DNA of 64,000 bases from the human T2T-CHM13v2.0 reference genome, Homo sapiens: the NCBI RefSeq assembly GCF_009914755.1, contig NC_060926.1. One strand, 5' to 3'. Position 1 is the first letter of the stretch. Every line of letters starts with the position of its first letter. A model generated the notes under the pieces. It was given only the letters and a program-made list of their open reading frames with translations, ran no database searches and was not told the origin of the DNA. Positions 1 through 12,491 of this stretch are shown piece by piece. A program made the position numbers and the translations under genes.

Positions 1-919
1 TTAATTGCCACATTGATCTCTCTGGAGTGGAAAATGTGTACTACCACTCTGCAGTAAAATGGCTATTTGGCAGAGAAAAACATCTCTGGTCCAAAATGAA
101 TAATTCTTTTACTCTGTGGCCTACCAAAATATTTGGGTAATTGCTTTAGCTAGAGCTGTCCAATCTTAGGCTTCCTCACCCATGGTGGTTCTTCTGTAGC
201 TGCGTAGACTCTGCGTGCATATAAAGAGATTTACAGCTCTTGGCCCTGGAAACAGAAATGTGTGCTGCCCTCATAAGAATAGAGTTTTATGTCCTACAGA
301 CTCAGTGTAGGTTGGATTGATTGCTTTTCCTTTCTTTCACAGTGTCAACACTCTCAAAATACAGAAATCTACACACGATTTGAGGCTCGAGTCTTAGGCA
401 GGTCCAAGGAGCTGTGAATGCTATGGGTGTAGTGGTCAGGGTCTGGTTAGGAGACAGAAAGCATATCTGTTATTGAACAGAGATTAAAATCAGTTCTGGC
501 TGGTATGGGTGAGGTGGGGTGGAGGTTGCTTTTGTGGGCCTGGGAGCCCACCTAGAGGTGAAATGCCAAGAATTGAGGGAACACGCAACTAGAACCTGAC
601 TGTTAAGCATCATGCTGGCAGAAGACAAGGGATGTTTCTGACATCTGGGCTTGATGGGGCAGTGGAGTGGAAGCTTTGCCTCTTGTTACTTGGGCCTTGT
701 ACATGGACCATATTTACCACACGTGACAGGCAAAAGGATGTCTGGGGTCCTAAGGGCAGGCACTCAGTGTGCTAACAATAACCATGCTACATGTTCTGCA
801 GGAAGATGCCACTATTAATCCATCACCAGCAAAGCATGTGCTTTGAGTGGTTTTGCTTTTTCCAGCGGTCATGGGTCTACACTGTACCATCCGCGACAGT
901 TTGACAAAGAGGAAGGAAC

Positions 920-1120
920 AGAGATTTTGGATTCAGTCAGATCCTGGTTTGAGCTCTGATCATGTCATTTATTAGTTGTGCCACTATGTCACAGTCTTCC
1001 TGGGTCTCAATTTCCTCTTATGTATCATGGGACTAATAACATCCATTATGGCTTATTTTTGAAAATGAATGCATGGAATGCTGTAACGTGCACTGCATGC
1101 AGTAGGTGCACAATGTAGGT
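920..1120 (+). mobile_element. MIR SINE (degraded)
   Basis: MIR core-like GGGTCTCAATTTCCTCTTATGTATCATGGGACTAATAAC preceded by a tRNA-like head. Confidence 0.7.
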
Positions 1121-1183
1121 CAGCATGGCACGCATATGCAAGAGAGTGGGGACTTTCTGACCATAAATGGAGCCAGTTAATTA

Positions 1184-1243
1184 GGCCACACGTTGAACTT
1201 TAATCTTGGCCTTCACAGCATCCTGCTCTAACCAACTGAGCCA
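1184..1243 (-). mobile_element. tRNA-Ile-derived ancient SINE head (MamSINE1-like) or decayed tRNA pseudogene
   Basis: Reverse complement TGGCTCAGTTGGTTAGAGCAGGATGCTGTGAAGGCCAAGATTAAAGTTCAA resembles tRNA-Ile(AAT) TAGCTCAGTTGGTTAGAGCGTGGTGCTAATAACGCCAAGG; A box retained, anticodon arm and B box decayed. Confidence 0.65.
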
Positions 1244-2009
1244 GGCATATTCTTACTTACAGTGTTGAGTTTATAGAAACTTCAGCTTCAGTGATTTGAA
1301 TCAACATCAATGTTTTATTCTGGAGGCAATTAGCAACTCCTCAGTCACTTTGTAAATCCACTTTGCAGTTGCCATTTTGAGACAGAGCTGGCATTACGGG
1401 GCTTAATTCTGGCAGGTAACCGTTGCGGTTACCCAGCGGAGCTGCAATCTAGTAATGGAAAAGTGTTTCATTTTAACTATGAAATTTAACACAAAGAATA
1501 CAGCTGCTCAACCGGGCAGTGACAGTGTATGTTAATTTGATTTATATACATGCAATGTACCATGCCTAATGTTGAATGTTGGAAGACTCCAGCAAGCCTG
1601 ATACCAGCCACATAAATGAGACACTACCATTACGAACTGACTTCACATGTATAAGCTCACCTGCTTGGAGCAAATAAAGCTGTGGGAGTCAGTCTGTGCA
1701 AGGGAAACAAGGAGTGTTCTCCTGCATTGCACACGTGAGGGCTGGGTCTTCCCAAACCAAGGACGTGGCTTTTCTAGAAGTAGTCGTCAGGATTCTCACT
1801 ATATGCCCAGTCCATTGGCAAGTCCGGGACACTGTGCTCAAGTAAATAATCTGTGGAGTGGGAAGTGGCTTAGGGCTCCCTGTTGGTTCACGGCATGCCC
1901 TACTTGGATAGGAAACTTCTGGCTAACCAGAATCCCTGAGAGCAAAATTCTTACAGGAACTGACAGCCATGTGGAATGCACTTGGCAAAAAAAGCACATG
2001 AATATGCCC

Positions 2010-2282
2010 CTGTGGGGTATGTTGGGGGTGTATGTGGTATGTGTGTGTTGTATGTATGATGTGTGTTGAGTGTATTGGGTCTGTGGTGCATGTGGTATGT
2101 GTGTGTTGTGTGTCTGTGTGTATTGCATGTATGGTGTGTGTTGTGTGTATGTATGGCATGTATATGTGTGTGTTGCATGTGGCATCTATGTTATATGTGT
2201 GTTGTGTGATTAGGTATGTGTGTTGTGTGTAGTACGTGTGTTTGTGTTGTGTGTATTTGTTCATGCTGGGTGCCTGTGTGGC
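2010..2282. repeat. Degenerate (TG)n/(TATG)n low-complexity tract
   Basis: Direct reading; source of the His/Thr- and Cys/Val-rich spurious ORFs. Confidence 0.95.
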
Positions 2283-3959
2283 ATCTGGTACTCACATTCA
2301 CTTTGGACCAACACTGTATAGAGATCTAGGTTCATCCTGGGTACCCCAGTGCATGGCCAGATCACTTTCTGTCTTCATTTTCCCACATTATAGTAATGAC
2401 AGTCTATTGACATATGGAAAACATTGAAAGTAGAGGAAAAAAATCACCCCTAATCCTACAGTCCCCTGGGTCTGACTGCTGCCACTTTGAGATCTTCTCT
2501 TGTGATATTTATCCACATGAGTGTGAGAGTGTATTTGTACTCATCAGTGGATGCTACATCTTATGATAACTTTCCATGTTAAATTGCTACTTAGTCTTCA
2601 TAACTCTCAGCCTTAATAGCTGTATAATATTCCATCAGCGCTGTATCATTACTTCTAGTTAGGTGGCTTTTGAGCATTCTGTATGATAAATAGCACCACT
2701 CCTAATATTCTCCATTCCATCAGGCCCGGTCCCCTTTGTCTTCTTTAACTCCGAGTTTAGCGCAAATAATTGTGGCTGTGGCTGTGGCTGGAACGGCTCA
2801 TCTCTTGGCATCAACAGGTCTCTGTAGAGATGAAGGCTTGGTTGGCTAATTCATCTGCCTCCCGTTTCAGCCCTTCATCAAGGCCTTGCATGGGCCCTGA
2901 GGTGGACAGCAACAGGACAGGCCGCCACTCCAGTTAAAATGCCATGAGCCAGCTCTTTCACGTCACCTCCCTGAGTGTGCTGCCATGCCCACAGCACCCC
3001 AGTGCAGTGGTACCCTGTTGCTGGCACTTCAAAGCCCTTGATGCTGTGTTTACACTTTTGCTTTCCCTCTTTGTCCCATAATAAATTCCCAGGGGGCATG
3101 TTATCTCTTTATCTTGAAACGGGCAGGACTTTTTAGAGTGGGATAGAACCCTGTGAAGCAATTTATTCTGTGGGCCTCCTGGAAAGGGTAGACTGCTTAA
3201 GTGATTTTCTTAGGATTTCCATGGTTCTCAGGAATTTGTACAGTGTTCCTTGCTGTCCCTGGCCCCGAACACACAATCTTTTGTTGGATCTGCAAGGGGG
3301 AGGTGGTGCATTTTTCCTTGGCACTCTTCCCTGTGTTGTCCCCTGTGCTTCCTCCTGAAGCCTCTCGTCCATGTCGCTAGTTTCCTTGATGATCCCACAA
3401 CCCACCCTGCTCTGCCCTGCCCCTGAGCTGGCACCTCATCATCCATTAGCCCCTGTGCTTCTTCCCCAGCTCTTTGTTCCAAGGCTGTCAGTCTTGGCCT
3501 CTGGAATCATCTAATTGTGTGGGGATCACATTATTTTCCAGTATGTAAATCACCTGCCATGGGGTAGGCCCCATGTGTCCTGGAGCAATACGATAACTAG
3601 GAGGAGGGAGTTGGCAGAAATGACTCATTGGTACCACTTCCAGTTTTCTGCCATGCTCTTAAAACAAGAATCAGCAGTTGCCACTCCAATTGGGAAAGTC
3701 AACCTTCCACTTGCTCAGGTCATCTCCCTCATTCCTCTTGGAGCTCATCTAACTTTGTCTCCTTTTCACTGGCCCAGGAAGTAGAAGACTCTTGGACTTA
3801 TGCCCTCAGTGTCCTCTTTGTCTACCTTCTCTTCTTTCTCTAGCTGGTCTTTTGCAACACCCAATGCCCTTTCCCCCAGGAAAAGCTGCTCTCAGAAAGG
3901 AGTCCTGCAGAAGCGATCTATACCTCGCTGTGGAGTTGAGGCTTCATTACCTTTTTCCA

Positions 3960-4160
3960 GGGAGGCAGTGCGGTGGTAAAAGATCGTTTGCTCAGGCAGA
4001 GCTGACTTCAAATCCATACTCTGCAACTCATTAGTTCTTTGGCTTCGTCTTTCTGAACCTCAGTTTTCTCCTTTGTGAAATGGAAATAGCACCTACCTTG
4101 GTTGACATAAGGCATGTAAAATACTTAGCAAAGTTCCCACACGTAACTACTACTTATTGA
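3960..4160 (+). mobile_element. MIR SINE
   Basis: CTGAACCTCAGTTTTCTCCTTTGTGAAATGGAAATAGCACCTACCT MIR core. Confidence 0.8.
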
Positions 4161-4952
4161 CATGGATTATTTTTATTTGAACCTTAGGTCTATTTGTGGG
4201 ATGAAAATATTTGAAAAAAGTTTAAGCTGCAGCAGCAGATTCTGGTGCATGCTTGTATGTATGTGTCTGTGTGCATGGATATCCGTGGATGCATGCATGA
4301 GCAGTGATTTGGGGGAAGCTGGGAAATCTCTGAAATCACACAAAGAAAGCAGTCCTGTCCTCCTACTATTAACTTCATTCTACCCATTTCACGTGGATGC
4401 CAGTTCTCTTGGGTTTTCTTCTTTTAGTCTTTAACCAGCCAGTTGTATAGTTCTTCTAAGCATGATGCTTTTCACGATCATACCTCTTGCTTTCCAAATG
4501 TCCACAACCTTGCCTTGAAGTGTCCACTGCCCTCTGCCCTTCAAGCAGAGCACTGTCAAGCCATGGATCTCCAGGGAAACCAGAGTGAAGAGCCCTTTTT
4601 AGTGAACAAGGGCAAAATTGTTGGCATGGCAAGAACATTTTGGAAAATGCAGTCTTTTGGAAAGCAATTTGGTAATATCTATAGACATTAAAAATATATA
4701 CAACTGATTATTCCACCACTAGGAATCAACCCTAACCCTAAAGGTTTGCATAATATCCATAAAGAAGTATATCTAAAAAGTTCATTGCAGTGTTATTTGT
4801 TGTTGTAGAAAATTGGATACAACTTAGCTGTTTATCAATATGGGGATGGTTAAATGAATCTTACATATAATGGAATATTATATAGCCATAAAAATGAGGT
4901 TAATTTATGTGTCTTGCCACAGAAATCTCACCAAGGTGTTGTTAAGTTTAAA

Positions 4953-4971
4953 ACACACACACACACACACA

Positions 4972-5010
<39 letters not shown>
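4953..5010. repeat. Compound (AC)n(TC)n microsatellite
   Basis: Direct reading. Confidence 0.97.
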
Positions 5011-5016
<6 letters not shown>

Positions 5017-5113
5017 TCTGATCACATCTAAAGAAAAATGACAGAGAAATATCTGGGTATATACCTCTGTATTGAAAATGAAGTGACAGGATGCACACCA
5101 AACTGCCGATAGC

Positions 5114-5698
5114 TGTATCAGTCAGAGTCAATCAGGGAAGCAGAAATACAATGTATTATGGAATAAGGATTTTATTGTAGAAATTGGTCCTTGCACATTA
5201 TGGGAAGAGCTGAGCAGGAAAGGTCCAAAAAAGGAAGTTGAAGGATCAGAGAACAGTTATTCCCCTGCTCTGGTACAGCAAATGGGTAAGAGTATACAGG
5301 GAAATCTAGAAGCTAGCATGTCCAGCTGCTGCAGCAGGATGCAAAGGGGGTTTGGGTAAGATTGTCAACTGTTCATGGCTTCCAGCTCTGTATGTTTACA
5401 ATGAAGCATCTAGAGGTTGTCTAGAGTCACTATTGGTCAAGAGCTTGACAGTTGGAAAGGAAAGCTGGAAATGGAAAGGGGAAGACAATGATAAACTGGA
5501 CTTGGCTGGCGTCTCTGCTCTGTCTTTCATCACCTTTGACCAATGACAACCTTTAGAACGTAATGACTGCTGCTTCACTTTTGTCTCCCAAATCTCAAGA
5601 AACTTTACTTTTGGCCAACTCTAGCCCATAAAAGGAAGGCGATTCTGGGAAATATTGTTCCCAAAGTAACCAAGTTGACAGTAGAATAATTCAGCGCA
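5114..5698 (-). mobile_element. Ancient ERVL/MaLR-class solo LTR
   Basis: TG...CA ends (TGTATCAGTCAG ... CAGCGCA), near-perfect 5-bp TSD ATAGC/ATAGG, splits the L1ME. Confidence 0.75.
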
Positions 5699-7124
5699 AT
5701 AGGGTTTTTACCTCTGAGGAAGGGAGTGAGAGCTAGGAGGTCAAGGGTTACTTGTCCACTATGCTTCACACTTTCCTGAATCCTTCACGACAAAAATGCT
5801 CACATGGACTGCTTGTGTGTGGAAACCAAGACAAAAAGGAAATCAGAGTCTCTTGACTTTTTTTTGCAAACTCTTAGTAGGCTTTCTTCTATCCTTCCAT
5901 ATAATTATCTCCTGTTGCCTTGTTTGTATTATTCTTTTCCTCCATGAGATTGCTAATGATTTCACTTGTTAAACAAAAACTGAAAAGGTACATATGTGTA
6001 CAAGTGTGTGTGTATGCACATATGTGAGTGTGTATATGTGCATGTGTGTTGCATGTGTGAGAATGCCCTGTCTGGTTTACTCTTGGCCCCTTTCCCTTTA
6101 GTAATCGTCCTGTGACCTATGCCAAAGACACCCAGGGGACAGGAGAACCCAGGAGGAGGATTGGTGGGAGAACGATGGAAATGTAAACTCCCTGGGAGAT
6201 AAAACTCATGTAGCACACAGGGGGGTTTTGTTCCATTAATTTTTATTGGGAGAGGCACATCCCCTGCTGCTATAGACTGCCTCTCCCTCGGGCACAAAGC
6301 CAACTGTGCGTTCTAATGCAGCTGCCTCTTTGCAAATAACTTAGGAAAGAAGATACAGGGTTGAGATAGTTGCATCCAGCATGGAAGCTACAGTTCAAGA
6401 CCCTTGGCTTCCTCCTGCGGGGCATAGGAGACTGGGGAAAAATGGTGTGAGCCAGGAGGTGAGCTTCTGGCTCCCCATCAGTGCACAGCACAGGCCCCTT
6501 CAGATGTTGCTTGGGAGTAGAAGTGTCAGTGGACCAACATCATAAAGGTGAACTTGGTGTCAGGGCTTCCTGTTCTCCTTGAGCCAGAGCCTTTGCCTTT
6601 TGCCTTCTGTCAGACTGAACATCTGCCAAGGAGCAGGGGAAGTCACTTGAGATGAATATTTCCCTTTCTGAGTTGGCCACCAAGTATCCCATGTATAAGA
6701 CATGTCACCATTTTGTGAGGGTAGTGGTGGAGCAGTGTGTGGCACAGACAGCATCTGAGATGCCCCAGTGATCTCTAGTTGAACAAAGAACTATGACACA
6801 GACATTAACCCCTTCATTCCTTATAAAGAACTCCTCTATAAGGCCAGCATCCAAGAATTCAGCTGGGCTTGCACAGAGCCCCTTTGTTCCTCCCCTCTGG
6901 TAACACCTTCCTCTGGTGGTTTGCGAGCTCCCTGCAGCAGGAACACAGTTGCTGGATTTGCATCCTCAGTGCCTAGTACAATGGCTGGGTTAAAGCTGAG
7001 CTCCCTCTGTATTTGTCCACTGCCTCAGCTACTCCCTCCGATTCATCTGACCCTATTTTCTACTCCTTGTTTCCTTCCTCACTCTGAATCTGTCATGATG
7101 ATCTCCTCCTTGTAGGCATTTGAA

Positions 7125-7520
7125 TTCACCAAGCATACTCCAGTTTGAGGGACTTTGCATTGACTGTTCCCTATGCTCAGAATGCTCTTCCCCAGAGACC
7201 CCATGGCTAATTCCTCACCTCTGCCCAGATCTCACTTCCCAACCATGCTACCTCATTTAAAACTGCAACCTGCCTCCCACTCCTCACTCACACGTTGATA
7301 CTACATCTTTTACTTTACTTGCCTTTCCTTCCGAGTATTTATCATCTTCTAACATACTATGTAACTCACTTATTTATTACATGTTTTTGTTTGTTTATTG
7401 TTTATATCCCCCCATGTAAAAAGTAAGCCTTTTGAGGGCAGGAATCCTAGTCTATTTTGTTCACTGATGTACCCTAACAGCATATAGAGCCTTTACATGA
7501 ATATTTGTTGACATTTGTTG
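7125..7520 (+). mobile_element. L2 (L2a) 3' end
   Basis: GACTTTGCATTGACTGTTCCCTATGCTCAGAATGCTCTTCCCCAGA ... GAGGGCAGGAAT ... ATATTTGTTG. Confidence 0.85.
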
Positions 7521-7699
7521 GAATTCATGGACAATCTTTCATGAAGAAATTGCCTGGAGATATTTCATGTTTTGGGACATTAAGCTGAGAGGACTTCTAG
7601 TCAAGTTAGCACTAAAATGAAAGAAGACTGGTATTTCAGAGATTCCTCAAGTTCCTGCAGCGTTAACACAGACTCGGGATGCTGTAATGACAACAAAAT

Positions 7700-7935
7700 G
7701 ATCATAAATAGCAAGGAATTGATTCCTAACTACTGTATAGTGTTCTACAGACGTTGCATGCTTTATATTTGAGCTTCACGATTTGAGAAAGGCAAGGCAG
7801 ATAGCATTACTCTCATTTTGCAGATGTGTAAACAGCTTCAGAAAACTTAGGTGGTATGCTGGAGGTCACACAGCTAGGAAATGATGTAGATGGATCCTCA
7901 GCTTAGGCATTCTGATTGTTAGTTTGTTCTTCTCT
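7700..7935 (-). mobile_element. MIR SINE
   Basis: CATTTTGCAGATGTGTAAAC ... GGTCACACAGCTAGGAAATG antisense core. Confidence 0.75.
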
Positions 7936-8238
7936 GTCACAAGGACTTCCTTTAATATACAGGCTGTTCTTGAGAGCCACATCAAGGAAGTTCAAGACAG
8001 AATGGCAGGGATGAGGCACAGAGGCTAGAAACATAAGAGTGGAGGTTCCCCTTGTGCTGTGGGATTCCCTAAAGGCAAGCTGTAAGCTGGAGCTTTCAAC
8101 ATCAAGATGTAGATTTTCAGAACAGAGCAGGATGGAGCTGTCTGCAGAAGTTTTGTTATTTATTTATTCTTAATTGCATAAAAAACATAAAGTTATGGAT
8201 ATATAAAAAATATATATATATAATGTATATAATATGTA

Positions 8239-8513
8239 TTTTTTTTTTTTTGAGACAGAGTCTTGCTCTGTCACCCAGGCTGTAGTGCAGTGGTGCTATC
8301 TCAGCTGGGTTCAAGTGATTCTCCTGCCTCAGCCTCCTGAGAAACTGGGATTACAGGCACGCGCCACTACACCTGGCTAATTTTTGTAATTTTAGTAGAG
8401 GCAGGGTTTCACCATGTTGGCCAGGCTGGTCTCGAACTCTTGACCTCAGGTGATCTGCCTGCCTTGGCCCCCCAAAGTGCTAGGATTACAGGTGTGAACT
8501 ACCGTGCCTGGCC
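8239..8513 (-). mobile_element. AluS (Sx-like) with ~20-bp internal deletion
   Basis: Poly-T then GAGACAGAGTCTTGCTCTG ... GACCTCAGGTGATC ... GTGCCTGGCC; CACTGCAACCTCCGCCTCCC segment is absent. Confidence 0.95.
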
Positions 8514-8617
8514 ATATGCAGAGAAATTTGATTGAAGTTTCACTTCGAAGAGTGGGTAATATTGCCTTTAGCCAGCCTGGCTCATCTAGGACCTTTTGAG
8601 GGTGACATTCTTTAGAG

Positions 8618-8820
8618 TTGTGTTTCTCAATGGGACAAATCTGGGGGACATTTGGCAATGTCTGGAAACATTTTTGTTGTCACAGCTGGAGACAGGGGTG
8701 CTACTGACATTGTAGGTAAAGGTCAGGGATGCTGCTATACATCCTACAATGCATAGGACAGCCCATAATAAAAAATTATTCAACCTAAAATATCAATGAT
8801 GCTGAGATTGAGAAACCTTG
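8618..8820 (+). mobile_element. MER20 (hAT-Charlie) DNA transposon, near full length
   Basis: GGGGACATTTGGCAATGTCTGGA ... GGGATGCTGCTA ... TTGAGAAACC; perfect 8-bp TSD CTTTAGAG at 8610-8617 and 8821-8828. Confidence 0.93.
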
Positions 8821-10224
8821 CTTTAGAGTATGCTGGGAATGACTGTTCCTGGTCCCCATCTTGTTCTGTTTTTTCTGGATCTCTAGTTCTTTTCCTTCAT
8901 AAGGAGTAGAGAGTGGGCTGAAAATCTCTCTTTAAAATGATTCCTTCTTGGGAATTAATTGGCAAAGGGTAAAAGGAGTTGCAAACTTCCACAGCCATCA
9001 GCTTGCCACCTGCTGTAGCATCAGTCACGTTCCTGCGTATGCCAAGCCTGGAGGTGGAGAGCCACCGTGTTGTGCTGCTGCTGAGGGTCTGCAGACTTCA
9101 AATGCCCTCCCTAAACCAGGGATGAGCTGGTGAACATGGAGGTAGGAGGGCCAGCACTCTGTGTTTTCAGTTGCCTAGATGCCCAGGGCATTGTGTAACC
9201 CAAATGAACTCCTGAGTCTAATCTCCGTCTTCACAGTTCTCTGGTACTGCTAGAATGCCCAGGGATATTTGTTCTAACTCATCCAATTGGTATTGAAATA
9301 CTTTCCAAATGAAGGATAAGGCTGTCAGCGACTACTCTGAACATTAGCATATGCCTGCCAGTGTTTGCTTCCCTTACCAATACAGTCAAATCACAATTTC
9401 TCTCCAGTACACAGTGCCTTCCAGTTCTCAGAGAATAATATTGGGTTACAAATGGACCCACACACATCTTCACATACATAATTTTTAATAGAATGTTAAA
9501 ATTTTTAGTAGAATGAGAAAGAAAAACAACTCTTTAAAGATTATTTCTTCCTTCACTATTACTTAGCAGATGAGGAAACAGATCCTGAAATGATTTAAAT
9601 TATATTCTAAGACTCCAGAGTTAATAGAAGACCAGGACTAGTACTGTGGTCTAGAGGACTCCTAGCTGTGAGCTAGCTCCGCTATCCAAGGGTTAAATAA
9701 ACTATCAGTTACTAGGATAAAGTTATCCCTTGTTTAGATGAAACGCATTTTACAAAATGTTCAGTTTACAGATTTGAACATCAATATGGACATCAATCCT
9801 TATTACAGAGACATGAGTCCTGGCCACCTCATGCTTTGGTATGCCGTGCCTTTGACTTAAAACACTTTTTACTGTCTGGTTTTCCTCTTAGCTCTAGGAA
9901 ACCTGCTTTCTAGTCTCCTTGGCAGGCAGGCCCTTCTTTCTCTGGCAGTCCTTAACTTCTGGGGTTCCTTAGGATGCTTGGGAGCTCTTTTCTTTTGCAC
10001 TTGACATATTCTCCTGGGATAACCTCAGCTCTCCCTTGTCATTAGTTGCTGCCCAGCTTATGTCTCTTTGATGATGTGTGCCCAATCTGTCCTCACCCCA
10101 GAGTATGGGTGGGATGAGTCCAGCCTCTGTGGGGAAGGGCAGGGATGTAGCTAGGAGGCTAACAACAGGCTTTGTGGGATGTACGTCTCATTGGGTGAGA
10201 GTCTAATCTCTCACCAGATCCTGA

Positions 10225-10732
<508 letters not shown>

Positions 10733-10899
10733 CAGGCTCTGCATTTCTTCAGGGCCTAGCAAAAAGCCCAGCATCTTGATATATAATCAACAAATGGATG
10801 AATGAAGAAGGGGATTTCAGGGTTGCTGCACTGATGTGAAATGCTTCCAGGACTAGGGGGCTGTGGAGTTGCCTACCTTCTTTAGTTATTTACCACCCA

Positions 10900-11080
10900 G
10901 TGAAAGTGTTCTAAGTGTTGGTTGTGCAGCGGAATAATTTAGAGGACTTCTTTACAGCTAAAGATGCCAAGGCCTCACTTCAGACCTCCTGAGTCAGGAC
11001 ATTGGGATGTGAAGTCTGGGCATGTGTGGTTGTAGAAAGTTCTGCTGATGATTCCATTGTCTGCCTGAATGAAGAATGAA
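10900..11080. mobile_element. MER5-family (hAT-Charlie) fragment
   Basis: AGATGCCAAGGCCTCACTTCAGACCTCCTGAGTCAG ... TGATGATTCC resembles MER5A. Confidence 0.6.
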
Positions 11081-11379
11081 CAACTCACAAATTATCTACT
11101 GGTTGATTTTCTTTTCTGTGAAAACACATCTTTGGTATCCAGTAGGAAAATAGGATCCCCTTTGTAGTCATTATTCCTGCGCATACCTGTGGCAGGTGTC
11201 TGCTGTACTGCCAAATGTAATCATTGTCTGTACTACCTGAGCCCAAGTAATATATATTCTTGCTACCACTGTAAGTATGTGTTTGAATGTCCTGTTTTTG
11301 CTGATCCCTGATCCACTAATGTGTGGGTATCTTAGATACCCACCTCATTTATTATTTTAAGTAAAATATTAATTTATTT

Positions 11380-11880
11380 TTTAGGTGTGGCAATCATAGT
11401 AATGAACACAAATAGACAAGTATCTTTGCTCTCACAGAACTTACAGTCCTTGAGGGAGACAGTCAATAAACAAGATAATTAAGTAAGATTTATATACCTA
11501 GATGGTGATAAGGGCTGTATTAGTTAGCTATTGCCATGTAACAAATTATCTCAAAACTTAGATGCTTGAAACCATAATAATTTATTTCCTCAAAGTTTCT
11601 GTGAGTCAGGAATCTGAGAGTAGCTTAGCTGCGTGTTTCTGGTTCAGGATCTCTTAGGAGGTTGAAGTCAGGGTTGGGGTATGGGTGAGAGTGAATAGCA
11701 GAAGACATAGTCAGGAATGGCTGGATTCAGGACATATTTTGTAGGTAGTGCTTCTAGATTTGCTGATCAATTAGATATGGTATGTGAGTGAAATACAAAA
11801 ATAAAAATAAGGATCATTTGCAAGGGTTTTGTCTTGTGCAACTGAAAGAATGGAGTTGGCATATGTTAAGATGCTAAGAA
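11380..11880 (-). mobile_element. L2 fragments interrupted by an MLT1 LTR fragment (~11517-11670)
   Basis: CTCACAGAACTTACAGTC...AGACAGTCAATAAACAAG (L2 antisense); TGTATTAGTTAGCTATTGCCATGTAACAAATTATCTCAAAACTTAG (MLT1 antisense end). Confidence 0.7.
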
Positions 11881-12407
11881 ATTACCATACGTCTAGATAA
11901 GCTTGCCGCACAAAGTGAATTCAGGCTTCTTCAGTGAAGGTGACCATTTTTCCTTTAACATTTTTAAGCCAGCACAGACACCCAAAAGCAAACGATGATT
12001 ATTGAAATCCCTGGTGTCTGTTTTTCCAATTAATATTTAAAAACTTTAGGAAAAAACATGGGCTTGATTATTTTTACTAACCATCATTATTGACAACCTA
12101 AAATAATGAAGAAGATGATTATTAGCAGTGTCTACAAAGGGTCAAAGTCCCTGACACTAGCAAGTGTAACTTCAAAGATAAACTAGAAGATGCCTTGGAC
12201 AGAAAAATAATCAATGCAGGTGCAATAAAGAAATTCATACAAGAATGCTCTCTATGCAAAACAACCAAGAAAACTCTTGTTCCTTCAGTTTAACATTCTC
12301 ATTTAAAATATTTGAAAATTCATTTATCAGTCGTCTACCCTACAAATATTTATTGATAACCATAATATGCATTAGGTGTTGTTCAAAGTTCTTATTTAAG
12401 GCAGGAA

Positions 12408-12491
12408 TATTGAATTGAATCACATCAAATTGCTGATATTTGACCATTTGTGGTTTACAACAGTGGCCATTTCATATTGTTCAAGACAATA
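12408..12491. mobile_element. MADE2 (TcMar-Mariner MITE)
   Basis: ~80-bp quasi-palindrome TTGAATCACATCAAATTGCTGATATTTGACCATTT...TGGCCATTTCATATTGTTCAA matching recalled MADE2 consensus. Confidence 0.8.

Larger units (their letters stand above)
4645..5830 (+). mobile_element. L1ME 3' fragment interrupted by an LTR and a microsatellite
   Basis: TTTTGGAAAGCAATTTGGTAATATCT, GGATGGTTAAATGAAT, ATGGAATATTATATAGCCATAAAAATGA typical of old L1M 3' ends; resumes after 5698. Confidence 0.75.

Noticed and set aside
320-401. Strong acceptor TTTTCCTTTCTTTCACAG (similar ones near 34712 and 43636)
   Set aside because: No convincing donor or open frame; such sites are common in introns
1647-2427. Overlapping 60-140 aa ORFs rich in His/Thr or Cys/Val
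   Set aside because: Translations of the degenerate (TG)n tract
2878-3482. Chain of minus-strand ORFs, possible processed pseudogene
   Set aside because: No recognisable protein similarity, poly(A) or TSD
4728-4741. AACCCTAACCCTAA telomere-like motif
   Set aside because: Only two units inside L1ME
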